A DNA stretch of 38,962 nt, taken from contig DNWZ01000159.1 of the NCBI GenBank assembly GCA_003506095.1, forward strand, positions 1-38,962, given 5' to 3'. The DNA comes from Planctomycetaceae bacterium (GTDB taxonomy: Bacteria; Planctomycetota; Planctomycetia; Pirellulales; Pirellulaceae). Of this stretch, positions 18,207-29,300 are shown in pieces. The first letter of the stretch is position 1. Each line of letters begins with the position of its first letter. A program made the position numbers and the translations under genes. The notes under the pieces are model-generated. The model was not told where the DNA came from. It saw only the letters and a program-made list of their open reading frames with translations, and ran no database searches.

Positions 18207-19970
18207 TTACCTGAGATAATTCAACTGCAGAATCGCTTCGAAATTGAATTGCCGATTTGTCCCCGTGGTTAAGGGGATCGACATGCCAGGGGTCACGACA
18301 ACGTTGTCGCCGAGCACCCAGTGACTGCTGAACGTCGCATTGACCACATCGAATCGTTCGGCCAAGTCAGTTACTGTTAAGCCATTGCCCCGCACAACAC
18401 CCGCGTTCTCTAAAGATCCGGTGTAATGCAATTCAGCGTTCCCAATCACCTCGCGAATCGTTTCCCTGCGTGATTGTCGAAGCAATGTATGGTGATAAGA
18501 CGCATCAATGTGCATCAGCGTCGAATCTCTTAATCGCCCCAGTACTGGCAACGGGCCACCGGTAAGATCGCCGCTGATTTCGTTCCCATTAACGTCAACG
18601 TCAACCTGAGTATAAAGTTGGACCGCGATGTCTTCGTTCAGACGTTTTAAGACAGCGGCGAAAGGCATCAGATTAACAGCTTCGTTGCGGATTCGAAGCA
18701 ACGTCTGATTGCCTTGCATCAATCGCGAATCATCTGCCAAAGGCGCTGTGACGCCGATCCCCGCGGTCCAAATCGAACGTTCGTCACGCAACATCACCAC
18801 CTTGGCGATCGTGGTCAAATTACCCAATTCATAATTCCGCTGCCCCGGCGAATTAATATCTTGGCGACTGCCAAGCGTCGTGGCCATCGGCAAACGGAAC
18901 TCGACGGAAACCATATCGTCGACCAAAATCTTTTCTAAACCTAAAACCCAACGATTGACATCGCCCAAACCACCAAACGTATTGTTGAAGTAGCTGTAGT
19001 TCATATAGGCGCGGTCACGAACCTCGGGACTAAAGTTCTCGGCTATCTTGACCCGCCGTGTCGCGACATCGGGACCGGCCAAAATCACGGGCTCGTTGAT
19101 TAATCCACCGATACTTCGCGCATAGCTGTACTGAACATCCCAACTGTCGCCATCAACAAATGCCCCAGGTCCTAAGAAAACGGCTGTCCCTCCTTCAAAG
19201 ACAAATCCAGGCCCCGGTGATGTTGTCGCATTGGACGGTGGTACCGGTTCAAGTATTGCAAACTCATTGATAAAGGTGTTGGCGGTCGTATCCGTCCCCA
19301 ATCCAGTCGTGAAAATATCCGACGGCGGGCCTCCGACTCCGAATCCAAGAAGTGCACTCGCTGAGCCGCTGGGTTGACCATTGAGAATAAAGCCCTGAAG
19401 AGTCTCTCCGAATACGACTCGCTGCGTTCCAAATACCTGTGACACACCTCCACCAAAAAGGTCACCCGTCATGGTAGGGGCAGCCGAAAAACTTCCGCTT
19501 TGAATGCCAGCACTGGCAAGGCTTGCGCCCAATCCGAACGCCGCTGCATCTAGGTTGCCGAAATCAATCGTGTCGCTGCCAGTGCCAACATCGGTCGGTT
19601 GTGCCGTGTCAGCGACTGCGTCATCCCCGAGTGCCGAATCTGGCGTCGGAGCTTCGCCGGTCCGCTGGTCCGGTGGAACTGGAACCGGCCGAACCGGCTC
19701 CGCAGGAGGATGGTTCGGGCCAATGCTAGGGGGTGTTTTCACCGGTGCCCATCCCGGCGCATCGCAAGGCAGCGAATCGCAATCAGTAACCTGAGCCCGA
19801 TTGCCGAGCAACCTAAGCTGGAGCCTTTCCTGGCCCCAAGAAGAAGGGGTTGCCGTGGCTGCGGCAATCAAAATTAGCCCTGCACAGAGTCGCCTGCGGC
19901 GCTCGCTTCGAAATGCCTCGCGCCGACTTGGCGTCGCTGAAACTCTCGAAACGATTCGTGCATTAGTCAT
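18207..19970 (-). CDS. Secreted protein, putative planctomycete-type outer-membrane beta-barrel
   Basis: ATG at 19970. Signal-like 'RRRRLCAGLILIAAATATPSSWGQ', then Pro-rich and Gly-rich linkers. An amphipathic beta-rich C-terminal half follows, with 'RVKIAENFSPEVRDRAYMNYSYFNN' and the terminal strand 'FNFEAILQLNYLR'. Family assignment is from memory of similar planctomycete proteins and was not searched. Confidence 0.55.
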   Translation of the reverse strand: MTNARIVSRVSATPSRREAFRSERRRRLCAGLILIAAATATPSSWGQERLQLRLLGNRAQVTDCDSLPCDAPGWAPVKTPPSIGPNHPPAEPVRPVPVPPDQRTGEAPTPDSALGDDAVADTAQPTDVGTGSDTIDFGNLDAAAFGLGASLASAGIQSGSFSAAPTMTGDLFGGGVSQVFGTQRVVFGETLQGFILNGQPSGSASALLGFGVGGPPSDIFTTGLGTDTTANTFINEFAILEPVPPSNATTSPGPGFVFEGGTAVFLGPGAFVDGDSWDVQYSYARSIGGLINEPVILAGPDVATRRVKIAENFSPEVRDRAYMNYSYFNNTFGGLGDVNRWVLGLEKILVDDMVSVEFRLPMATTLGSRQDINSPGQRNYELGNLTTIAKVVMLRDERSIWTAGIGVTAPLADDSRLMQGNQTLLRIRNEAVNLMPFAAVLKRLNEDIAVQLYTQVDVDVNGNEISGDLTGGPLPVLGRLRDSTLMHIDASYHHTLLRQSRRETIREVIGNAELHYTGSLENAGVVRGNGLTVTDLAERFDVVNATFSSHWVLGDNVVVTPGMSIPLTTGTNRQFNFEAILQLNYLR

Positions 19971-20101
19971 AATCCCTACCCCCGTAAGAAACCGATTCCC
20001 GGGTTTAATCGGTGCAGTTGTTACAGTGGGATGATGAAAATCGAGTAGTTTTGCAGTCTAACGCTCCATCTAGGTGCGACTTGCGAATTATATGTCTGGT
20101 T

Positions 20102-23100
20102 TCAACGGCTTTCGGGTTTCGCAATCGTAGCGGTCAATGGAATGTGGATCGACTGCATTAGGTCCATTGGGCCAGCTGTTGGACGCTGGATGAACCCATC
20201 GCGACGCGAGTCCTCCTCAAGCGATTTACGTATAAACTCGTACGTTTCATTTAGTGAAACGACACCATCACGATTGCCTGCCAAATCGGCCTCGCCATCA
20301 ATCGCTTCAATCAAACGTGCCGTAAATCTACCCAGACCAGCATTCTTTTGTTCAGCAGCCTCTTCATGTCCCTCCGATGCGGTCAATGTAAGGATTCGAT
20401 CCTCCTGCAACCAACGCAGCGCTGATTTTAAATCACCGGTCTGCATGACTGGCTGAACCGCCCCGCTGTGACACGAGTCAAGGATGGCTAACTTCCTGCA
20501 AGGAAGTGACGACAGCGCGGCCAGATCTTCAAACGCCAAGCAATCGGAATAACGATCATTCATCAAATCGGAGTGCCTGGCATCGGCGGTCACAAAGTAC
20601 CATCGCCCAGTCGATCGGTCTCGTAGCCCGTGGCCGCATAAATACATCACGACCAAATCATCGGCTTGCACTTCGCTTGCCAGTCGCCTCATCGCCTCCT
20701 GGGAATACGCGTTCCACAGTGGCCGAACTACATCTTGGTCAAGCAATTTGACGCCATCAAACTGATAGAGCGGACTCGTTCGCTTTGATAAGGTTTGATA
20801 GATCTCAGTGGCTCCCCGCACGGCAAAGTCGAGTGACTGAATTTGCGGATCGCGATACTGGCCGACTCCGACTGCCAACAGATGCAAACGTGGCTTTCGA
20901 ATCGGAAGGTTCGGATCAATCACACGTCGAACCGTTCGCGTTGCATGGTCCCAAGATCCTGCTTCGGTCGCAGCGAGAATTTCCAGTAGGATCTCCGATC
21001 GGCTAACCAAAGGAACCGTCCAGCGATACGTTTCAATTCGCTCGTTAGCGATTGCCTCGCTTTTCAAAACCACCCCAGCAGAAGCAGCAACGCCATCCGC
21101 ATAAACTTTAGGTTTTGCGAGTGTAGCTCCCAGCGGCAATCGGATTTTTGCTTCAATCACCAAACGATCGCTATCGACTTGGGTGCCCGACTCCGGCGAC
21201 AACCACTCGATGTGCGGACTCGCCCGCAACTGATTGACAATTGCGGATTCACCTACCGGCGCCACTGCCCCATCGTTGGCTGCCAGCGCCGACGCAAGGC
21301 TACCACGATCTAATAGTCGTTTGAGCACATCAGGACGCTCGAGTCTTTGACGAAATTGATCCGCGCGGAAGAAATCGGGTAATCGTTCCACTCCACGGTT
21401 TACCTGCCAGCCGAAACGTTGGTGGCCATTGACCGACGCGTCATAGATCCCTGCAGGTGTCCAAATCGCCCACTCGCGATCGCGGTCAACGAATAATTGA
21501 GCAAGCGGTTGCCATGCCGGAAAACTTTGGAAGCCAGGCAATCTTTCCCCTCGGCGTTCCCATTCAAATACTACCAAAGTATCGAAGGCTGTCTCTGCAA
21601 GAGCCTTTCGCATTGCCTCTGGATCATCAAACGTATTGATGTTCCCTTTTACCGCTTTATCAGGCCAGCGAATTCGTACCAGACGATCGCCTTCACGAAC
21701 ACCGCGAAAAAAAAGAGGTCCATCTTGTCGGATTTGCGCGACCTCAAGTCCGCCTGGGTTCACGTCCAGATCGATCCCCCAACGGTTGGCTATGCCATCC
21801 GACTGGAAGATATCGCTCAGCGGCCACAAACCCACAGTCGCATCATCCGATCCGCTCGCCAAGTAGCGACCATCCGCCGATACCGACAGCGACGAAACCG
21901 ACCCGGTGTGGCCACGAAATTGTCGTAACAATCTTGGTGATTCATCGGACTTTTGCGACGGCATTTCATAGATATAGATATTGCCACGCGAGGTCGAACC
22001 GACCGCCAAGGCGCCAATATTCAAGTCATTAGATTCGTTCGCCACTGGATCATCCGTCTTTTTAATTTCGGCGATCGCGGTTGGCACACCATGCGTTTGC
22101 GGCTCCAGCGGTAATAGCGCACGCGGTTGATCACCCAGAAACAATCGATAGCGTTGGCCCAGCGGCGTCATTTCTGGTCGAACGCTCCACGCTTCGCTTC
22201 CCGTTTGGGCCGCGCGAAATCGATTGGCATCTATCGCTGCGTCACGACCAATCTGAATGGTCGTGACATTAAAGGTATCATCCCAAGATTCGCCATAACC
22301 GAGTGCCAATTCATAACCATCGCTTACCTTGGCAAACGCGACTCGCTTGACCGGGCGGACCGAAGTATTCAATCGTTGTGTCGCAACAGCACTTAGCTTG
22401 CCATCGCGATCAACCCCATGAACGTGAACTTCGGACCCGATCGCGATCAAGACTTCGCTGACACCATCATTGCCTGTTGCATTTGCAAAGTCACATGCCA
22501 GTACACTCCCTTGCATCTTCAGTTGCCCTGTGCGAGTCGGGGCTGCGCCATTAACGTCGGTTTGCCAAACTTCGATCCCACCGCCGTCGGGTGTTGAGTA
22601 ACCGATCAGGATGCGTTGTCCTGAGGCATCCATCCCAATGTCAAGTGGTTGGCCATCAGTGCTGGCTCGTTTGAGTTCGCCGACACGTACGACGGCATCA
22701 GGCGAAAGCGTCCAAATCCGAACACGTCCCGTTTCATCTGCCGATGCGATGCGACGGCCATCCCGCGACCCAGCCATGGTAACCACTAGGCCTAAATGTT
22801 CTGATTCTCCGATCGTCGACTTACTGCTGCCGTCAATCGCCAATCGTTCCAATCGCCAAATCGCCTGAGGTGGCTTTGGGGGTTGCTGTGACACACCACC
22901 AAAGCGAGGCACAATAAGGTGTTGGGGACCGGCAAAGGCGAACGACACGAACATTCGCAACGGTTCGAGTTTTTTGCCTAAGTCAGCTCCATAAGTCTTG
23001 ATATCCTCATTAACCAATACGCGACCGGCCCATAATCCCGACGCCGCATCGGCGCGCCATACCAACATTTTTCCTTGTACATCCGCAGATGCCAAAACAG

Positions 23101-23995
23101 CGTCATCACCTGGTGCCCAAGCTAATTGAGCAACGGTTTGCAGATGCCCGTTGTCACCATCGACCAGTGCCCGTTGCAATTCGCCCGAAGTGATATCAAC
23201 GATCCAGATCTCGCCAAGCCCGCCTAGTGCACCATGGCCTGCTAAGGCAGCATACTTTCCACGAACAGCGACTCGATAGATCCTGCCCCGTGGCCCTCGC
23301 TCGACTTGCCATCGAATCGCCCGGCGATGAATCCAACCGCGTTCCATTGTCCGTTGCCAAACATGCAACACTTTGTCTTCGCCACCTGATACTGCCCACT
23401 GGCCGTCTTCCGAAACCGATAGAGCCCGAATCCGCTCGGTGTGTCCGAAGTAATTCAGACGCAACCAGGGGCGCGTCTCACCGGGGGAAACGTCTGAATC
23501 CGCTACATCGCCCCCCTGCTTTCCGCCAACACCACCTTGTGTGTCGTCTGCTGCAGTCTCTTGTGCCACAACAAGGTTATTAATTTTGTCCGTTGCTAAA
23601 ACAGTCTCGCCAGGCAACTGGATCGTTGGCATCTTTTGGGCGGAGTTAGTTTTCGCCGCCGAATCTGGCAACAGCGGCATCGCTGATGCCAAGACAGATT
23701 CACTGGGCAGTTGTAAATCGGACGGTCGCTGTCTTTCTTTGGCCACCTCGGTGACGGCTTGTTCGTCCAGCGGCGTCACTAAGGGCATCTTAGTGCCACC
23801 CGATCGGTAACTGTTTGGCAGTATCGATTCATCCGGCAGTGTGCCGTCGATGCGCTGCAAGGCTTCGTCAAGCGGCCGCGCAATCGAATCTTGCGATTTC
23901 ACAGATAAACCGCTCATTGAAAACGTCAACGCAAAACTAGAAAGGCACAGCCGTACAGACGTATTCGTCATCCAAGTCTTCAATTTGATGGCCAT
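20102..23995 (-). CDS. Secreted WD40-repeat / PDZ-like / caspase-like (peptidase C14, orthocaspase) protein
   Basis: Caspase domain at about 20105-20900, with His in 'YLCGHG' (20630-20632) and Cys in 'LDSCHSG' (20471-20473). WD40 repeats, e.g. 'FRGHTGSVSSLSVSADGRYLASGSDDATVGLW' and 'LSVSEDGQWAVSGGEDKVLHVW'. PDZ-like 'GGLEVAQIRQDGPLFFRGVREGDRLVRI'. The track start at 24040 is TTG. ATGs at 23995 and 23971 precede the signal-like 'VRLCLSSFALTFSMSGLSV'. Confidence 0.88.
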   Translation of the reverse strand: MAIKLKTWMTNTSVRLCLSSFALTFSMSGLSVKSQDSIARPLDEALQRIDGTLPDESILPNSYRSGGTKMPLVTPLDEQAVTEVAKERQRPSDLQLPSESVLASAMPLLPDSAAKTNSAQKMPTIQLPGETVLATDKINNLVVAQETAADDTQGGVGGKQGGDVADSDVSPGETRPWLRLNYFGHTERIRALSVSEDGQWAVSGGEDKVLHVWQRTMERGWIHRRAIRWQVERGPRGRIYRVAVRGKYAALAGHGALGGLGEIWIVDITSGELQRALVDGDNGHLQTVAQLAWAPGDDAVLASADVQGKMLVWRADAASGLWAGRVLVNEDIKTYGADLGKKLEPLRMFVSFAFAGPQHLIVPRFGGVSQQPPKPPQAIWRLERLAIDGSSKSTIGESEHLGLVVTMAGSRDGRRIASADETGRVRIWTLSPDAVVRVGELKRASTDGQPLDIGMDASGQRILIGYSTPDGGGIEVWQTDVNGAAPTRTGQLKMQGSVLACDFANATGNDGVSEVLIAIGSEVHVHGVDRDGKLSAVATQRLNTSVRPVKRVAFAKVSDGYELALGYGESWDDTFNVTTIQIGRDAAIDANRFRAAQTGSEAWSVRPEMTPLGQRYRLFLGDQPRALLPLEPQTHGVPTAIAEIKKTDDPVANESNDLNIGALAVGSTSRGNIYIYEMPSQKSDESPRLLRQFRGHTGSVSSLSVSADGRYLASGSDDATVGLWPLSDIFQSDGIANRWGIDLDVNPGGLEVAQIRQDGPLFFRGVREGDRLVRIRWPDKAVKGNINTFDDPEAMRKALAETAFDTLVVFEWERRGERLPGFQSFPAWQPLAQLFVDRDREWAIWTPAGIYDASVNGHQRFGWQVNRGVERLPDFFRADQFRQRLERPDVLKRLLDRGSLASALAANDGAVAPVGESAIVNQLRASPHIEWLSPESGTQVDSDRLVIEAKIRLPLGATLAKPKVYADGVAASAGVVLKSEAIANERIETYRWTVPLVSRSEILLEILAATEAGSWDHATRTVRRVIDPNLPIRKPRLHLLAVGVGQYRDPQIQSLDFAVRGATEIYQTLSKRTSPLYQFDGVKLLDQDVVRPLWNAYSQEAMRRLASEVQADDLVVMYLCGHGLRDRSTGRWYFVTADARHSDLMNDRYSDCLAFEDLAALSSLPCRKLAILDSCHSGAVQPVMQTGDLKSALRWLQEDRILTLTASEGHEEAAEQKNAGLGRFTARLIEAIDGEADLAGNRDGVVSLNETYEFIRKSLEEDSRRDGFIQRPTAGPMDLMQSIHIPLTATIAKPESR

Positions 23996-24153
23996 CAGTG
24001 TCTCGCCTGCAGAAAGATCGATCGGAACCGTGTCATGCAACGGCTATGTCGGGTATCATGAAAAGGCGTGACGTATGAATTATTGAACGTCACCCATCAC
24101 TCATGCGCATCATGCTCTCGTCCAACCGCATCATAATGTCCGACGGTGTTATT

Positions 24154-26307
24154 ATGTTGAACTCTCGGAAAATCTTATTTCGGCATTTCGTTTCGCACAC
24201 AAATTACGTGCTTTGCAGCGTGCTGATTTTGATGGCGATTTCTAATCCTGTGGCTGCACAGGTACCGTTGACCGAAACCGCAGTTGAACCAGCTTCTCTC
24301 GGTAACGGCCCCGGTGGCGGTGATTTTAAAGCTGGTGTCCAAGCCCCATCGCCGCCAGTCTCTTCTGCTTTGCGATCGATTTTTTCTGCCTCTGCAGCAC
24401 CGGAAAGAAAAACGATGGGTCTGCTTCAGCGGAGCTTTGTCGAAGTCGCACAGCAAACCGAGGATAATCTTGAAATCGCCCTGGTGATCGACGGAACCGA
24501 CAGTATGGCTGACGAGATCGAGGGGGTAAAACAGTCTGTCGATTTAATGATGGAGGATCTCCGTCGTGGCCGCATTGGCAAGGTAAGTGTTGCAATCATC
24601 GTTTATCGCGACAGCGGTTCGCCCTCAGGTGTCATTGAAGTTCTGCAAGACCGATTCACCGATGACATGAACTCAATCAGAATGTCGCTTCAGCGTTTGA
24701 CCGCTGCCAGCGGTGCTCCGTTTTTTCACGAAATGCCTGACGCTGGTGTTCATGCCGCGCTGGAGCAATTGCCGTGGTCCGCCGATGGCCGTACCACACA
24801 GTGGGTCTTTTTGTTTGGTGATGCGCCACCCTACGCCGAAAACTTTGCTTCTGCTGAAGTTCCTAAAGCCAGTCGTGCATATGCCACCGATCTGTTGATC
24901 GCGCTGGCATCCCGAAAGCAGATCCAAATCCATTGCGTGCTTTGCACCAGTTCCAAGGAACTCGATCCGATCTATCGCCAAGCATTGCCCGAAACTCGCC
25001 AATTCATGAATGCACTGGCGTCGGGAACAGGTGGAATGATGCTCGATCTTTCTTACCCTGACATTCGCAACGCAATCACCCAAGCCGGACGCCAACCTCG
25101 ATTCCAATACCAGCAGATTGAACCGATCACGCAAGATGACTTAGTTGAAGCAAGGGCAGCAGAGGCGGCCGCCAATGGCCCACCCGACCCCAAGACCGCA
25201 GAAGTCCGCATTGCCATCCTGCCGCACCTGCCGATTCGTGAGGTCAGCTTTGATGCTCGTAACCCTGCCGTTCAAGTAGCCGCCGGACTGCGTCATAAGC
25301 TTGAGGGTCTACCGCGTGTGCGTGTGGCTAGCCCTTATGATGTGAAGCGTCAAATGGATCGGCTCAAGGCTGGCGGACTGAGTGAATCGATACTGATACG
25401 CGAACTCGCGGCGCGACTTGGCGTGGATTACATTGTTTGGGGAACACTCGATCAAACCGGGACGCCGATCGTTTCCAATGTCTTTGAAAGACGTAGTGGT
25501 GAACTCGTCGCCAAAGTATCTCATGCGGGTGAAGTCACTCAGTTGGCAAGTGTGATCTTGAACTCGCCAATGGACGACAAGCGATTTGGCAGCCTTAAAG
25601 ATTCACAACGTTTGGTTCCTACTGAAACCATTACCCAACAACTCCAAAAGCCGCTTGCGAAAGATGAAGCGACCACGCGCGAACTGCTCACAGCTCTTGA
25701 ATCGTTGCAACAGGTGATCGGATTGTTGGTCGATGATCCACAATCGCAGCCTTTACTTGCCACTGCTCAGGCCGCTGCCGAAGCCGCTTTGGTCAGCGAG
25801 CCCGATAATGGACTGGCCTATTGGTTGCTGGCCAATATTCATTTCAATCGCGGCTCCCGGGCACTCGCAGACGGTAATAGCGAAGCCGCTCAGGCGGCAA
25901 TGGCAGAAATGAAACGCGAGCTTTCTCGGGCCTTTCGGTTTGTTAAAACAATCGACTCGCTCTCGCTTGCCAACGAAATCATGTCCGACCATTGTTTTTT
26001 GGTCGATCGAAATCTCCCGCTAGCGATCAAACGCTATGAAGCCCTTTCTGCTAACCCGTCTGTTTGTCCGAGCGTGCGAAGACGCGCCCACTGGATTCTG
26101 ACGGGTATTTATTGCGGCGACTGGGGCGTTGAGCCAAATTTCGTAAACCCCCAAGCGGCACGCAAACATGCGATCGCGATCATGGCAAACTGGGAAACTA
26201 GTCCCGAAGCAAATCTGCTCCGCAAATGGCTCGGCTGGGATCCAAAAACAAACCGCACCGAGCATCCCCATTTGCCGTTATCCCATAGCGACCTCGCGAA
26301 GCTCTAG
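24154..26307 (+). CDS. Secreted vWA (MIDAS) domain protein with a central LpoB/CsgG-like region and C-terminal TPR-like helices
   Basis: vWA 'LEIALVIDGTDSMADEIEGVKQSV...WVFLFGDAPPY' (MIDAS DxTxS). Signal-like 'YVLCSVLILMAISNPVAAQ'. C-terminal helical repeats 'GLAYWLLANIHFNRGSRALADGN'. The ORF opens at ATG 24103; the ATG at 24154 fits the signal peptide best. Confidence 0.8.
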   Translation: MLNSRKILFRHFVSHTNYVLCSVLILMAISNPVAAQVPLTETAVEPASLGNGPGGGDFKAGVQAPSPPVSSALRSIFSASAAPERKTMGLLQRSFVEVAQQTEDNLEIALVIDGTDSMADEIEGVKQSVDLMMEDLRRGRIGKVSVAIIVYRDSGSPSGVIEVLQDRFTDDMNSIRMSLQRLTAASGAPFFHEMPDAGVHAALEQLPWSADGRTTQWVFLFGDAPPYAENFASAEVPKASRAYATDLLIALASRKQIQIHCVLCTSSKELDPIYRQALPETRQFMNALASGTGGMMLDLSYPDIRNAITQAGRQPRFQYQQIEPITQDDLVEARAAEAAANGPPDPKTAEVRIAILPHLPIREVSFDARNPAVQVAAGLRHKLEGLPRVRVASPYDVKRQMDRLKAGGLSESILIRELAARLGVDYIVWGTLDQTGTPIVSNVFERRSGELVAKVSHAGEVTQLASVILNSPMDDKRFGSLKDSQRLVPTETITQQLQKPLAKDEATTRELLTALESLQQVIGLLVDDPQSQPLLATAQAAAEAALVSEPDNGLAYWLLANIHFNRGSRALADGNSEAAQAAMAEMKRELSRAFRFVKTIDSLSLANEIMSDHCFLVDRNLPLAIKRYEALSANPSVCPSVRRRAHWILTGIYCGDWGVEPNFVNPQAARKHAIAIMANWETSPEANLLRKWLGWDPKTNRTEHPHLPLSHSDLAKL

Positions 26308-26329
26308 TCGCTTAGCCTGATGTGGTCGC

Positions 26330-29300
26330 TTAGAACAACATCGCCTCGGCCATGACTTGGTCAATAGCAGAAATTCGGTTGTCGTCATCGTCCATGACTG
26401 CCGTAGCCAGCAACAACGCTTGCTGGTCGCTGGCAATTCGATTCAAGATCAGCAATGCATCCAGCGGTGTGACGACTCCATCACCGTTGACATCGAACTT
26501 ATAACGCGGGCCTACTCTGCGAACCGTTTCGCCTTCTCCGATGCCGCTATTTGGCCCGCCAATCTCATTCAGAACCAGCAGCGCATCCAATGGTGCAATG
26601 GCCCCATCTCGATTGATGTCGTGTCGGAACTCTGACGGCGTCAATCGCGGCAAGGGAGTCGAGCCAAATTGCATGAATCCGAAGTCGGCCGTTGTCCTTT
26701 GCGTCTGTGACAACATCACCTCCCGCTCCGTCACCGTAAGCCCAAGAATCGTAACCGTGCTTGGAAGACGGTAAGGATTACTCGTCGAAAAGAGATTCGT
26801 TACGGCAATATCGAGTATCGGATCACTATCAAACCGTCCGATCGCCAGCGCCCCAGGGGTTACGACACCGCTAATGGTTCGGTTTTGCATAAATGGCCTG
26901 TCGGCTTGGCCAATGAAGATTTCGATTGTCTCCGCCCTCGGATTGACTGTTACCAAATCTAATCGCCCATCGCCATTGATATCTTCCGCGGCAACCGCCG
27001 TAACTCCCGCTCCAACCATTAAGGATGTCATCTGTTGGAGCGCCCCGGTCACTGGATCGACCTTAAAGATTTCGATCGTTCCGCTGAAATTGGCAATTAC
27101 CAATTGATCGCTACCAGAACCGTCAAAGTCGCCGACCACCACGTCAATCGCTTCGCCACGCGAGATCGAGCCGCGCAGCGGAGAGAACCCACCCTCGCCA
27201 TCTCCTAGCAAGATGATCACTTCGCTGCCGCTGTCACCCCTGAAACCAGTCGTCACAACAACAAGGTCGAGGTGAGAATCTCCGTTGATGTCGGCCTTGG
27301 AAATGGACCTCGGTACGAGCCCCTGGGCGATCTCGATCGGTTCATCAACACCGCTCAGGCGTGCTAAGATTTTACCGTCGCGGAATGAAGCCGTAATAAA
27401 ATCAGGCTGACCGTCACCATTGAAATCATCGACCACAACAGCAATCGGGCCGTCACCGGCAGAAAACTCGCGCACACCCGAATCATCGATTACATACAAT
27501 AGTCCAGGGTCCGCCGCGCCCGTGCCGATTGCCGCAACGGCAATGGTTGGCAATTGACCACTGGGTTGGTAAACCGAGAGTGCATAGGGACGTTTGCCAA
27601 GCGAAGTTGTGGAACTGATGCTAAACGTCGACGCAATGCCCCCAATCTCAAACGCAGGACCGCCTCCGACGCCAATACCTCCGCCTGATCCCGCTTGGCG
27701 TAATCTGACAAGGTCATTCCCCAACTCATTGATTACCAACAATTCATCCAACCCTGTTTGCGGGTTAAAGATGGTCGCAATATCCCGAGAAAGCATTCCG
27801 GTCGTCAACGAAGAGCGAGTGACACCAATTTCCGGAACATTCGGGAAGCATCCCGGTGGATTGACAACCACCACGTTTGCGCGCTGGCCAGGCGGCAGAT
27901 TGTCAAAGAATATCGAGTAATTGCCTTGTAGGTCCGCGAACGCGTGAGGCTCTCCCAGTACAGAATCAAAAATGCGATTTTCATTAAGGTCTACAAACAC
28001 CAAAGCACCCGCTGCCGCTTCCCCAAGGTCTTCGATGCCATTGCCATTGATGTCACAGAAAACGTGTCCAGTCAGATCGCCTGAAACCGCTGGCGGAAGC
28101 AGCGAATCGGGCCTCGTGCCGAAGATGGTATCGGTTAAATAGACAATGCTTTGGCCGGGGGATAGCGTGAATGCGTTTCGCAGTGCGGCTGCCGAATCAT
28201 AGCCTTGTCCAGAATCGACAAAACCATCGGCGTTGATGTCACCACTGACAGCGTTACGAAGCGAAGTTGCGACTGTTGGGTCGAAGAGACGGCTTTCCAA
28301 TAAAGACTCTCGATCAATATCAAACCGATCGCTCGTTAGTGAGTCGCCACCGGAGGTTGTCATCGCCACGAAAGGCGTATTGGTTGACGCGGTACCGTCG
28401 TTGTCGGTAATGAACGCGATCAACCTGCCATTTGAGTCGATTAATACACCGCCACCATCAGCCCCGAAGGAGCTTTCAAAAATCAGATCGGCATCCAAGA
28501 AACGTGCTAAATCGAAACTCAGTGGCCCATTGGATGCATTGAATACTGTGTAGACTTGTCTCAGTTGGGCCCCGGCCCGGCTGCCGTCTGGGTGGAATGT
28601 TGCCGCGACGGATTGATCGAGCGCGACGCTTAGCTCACCTACGGTAAAAGCACTCGTGGCACTTGCCAGAGTTCCGTCAATCTGTTGTGTGATGACCACT
28701 CCGGGCGCGTTTCGGACTAACGGAGAAAACTCTAGACGACCCTGAGGGCGAAACCCAAGGATTGATCTGGCTACAACATCCATTGATCCTAAAGGCCCTA
28801 CAGGATCGAAGTCAGCGAGAGGAATAGGGTCGGCGCCACTAAAAGCTGCGGTTCCGAAAATTCCGAAGGCATCGACATCGATCTGGATGTCACCGTCTTC
28901 GTTGCCAGTTGACAGAGTGTGCAATTCTACCCCCAAGCTCGATGCGATCGTAACGGTGTCGGTGGACAAGTTATTCAACAAGTTGGGATCGATCTCGGAC
29001 GAAGAGGCGTTCGAAGTCGTTACCAATACCCCTTGCGAACCGGCCGTCGCGCCCAGCGTATAGGAGAAGGTCGTCAAGGGCGGGATGGAGGGTAACGTCC
29101 AGGTTGCTGTATTCGAAAACGAGTCAATAACAACCGTACCCATCGACGCAGAAAAGCCATCGATAAATGCTAAACTGCCTATCGTTGTTACGACAACCAC
29201 ATTCGTTGCGGTCGCAAGCGACAAATTGTCGACAAAGATCGTATAGGAAAACAAGTCATTAACAGCGACTTGGGCTTGGTTACGCAATGTCGAAGTTGCT

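Noticed and set aside
26306-26331. Direct repeat GTCGCTTAG twice in the 22-nt gap between the convergent vWA and giant protein genes
   Set aside because: It is too short to tell from chance, and each copy overlaps or abuts a stop codon (TAG/TAA). I saw no stem-loop.
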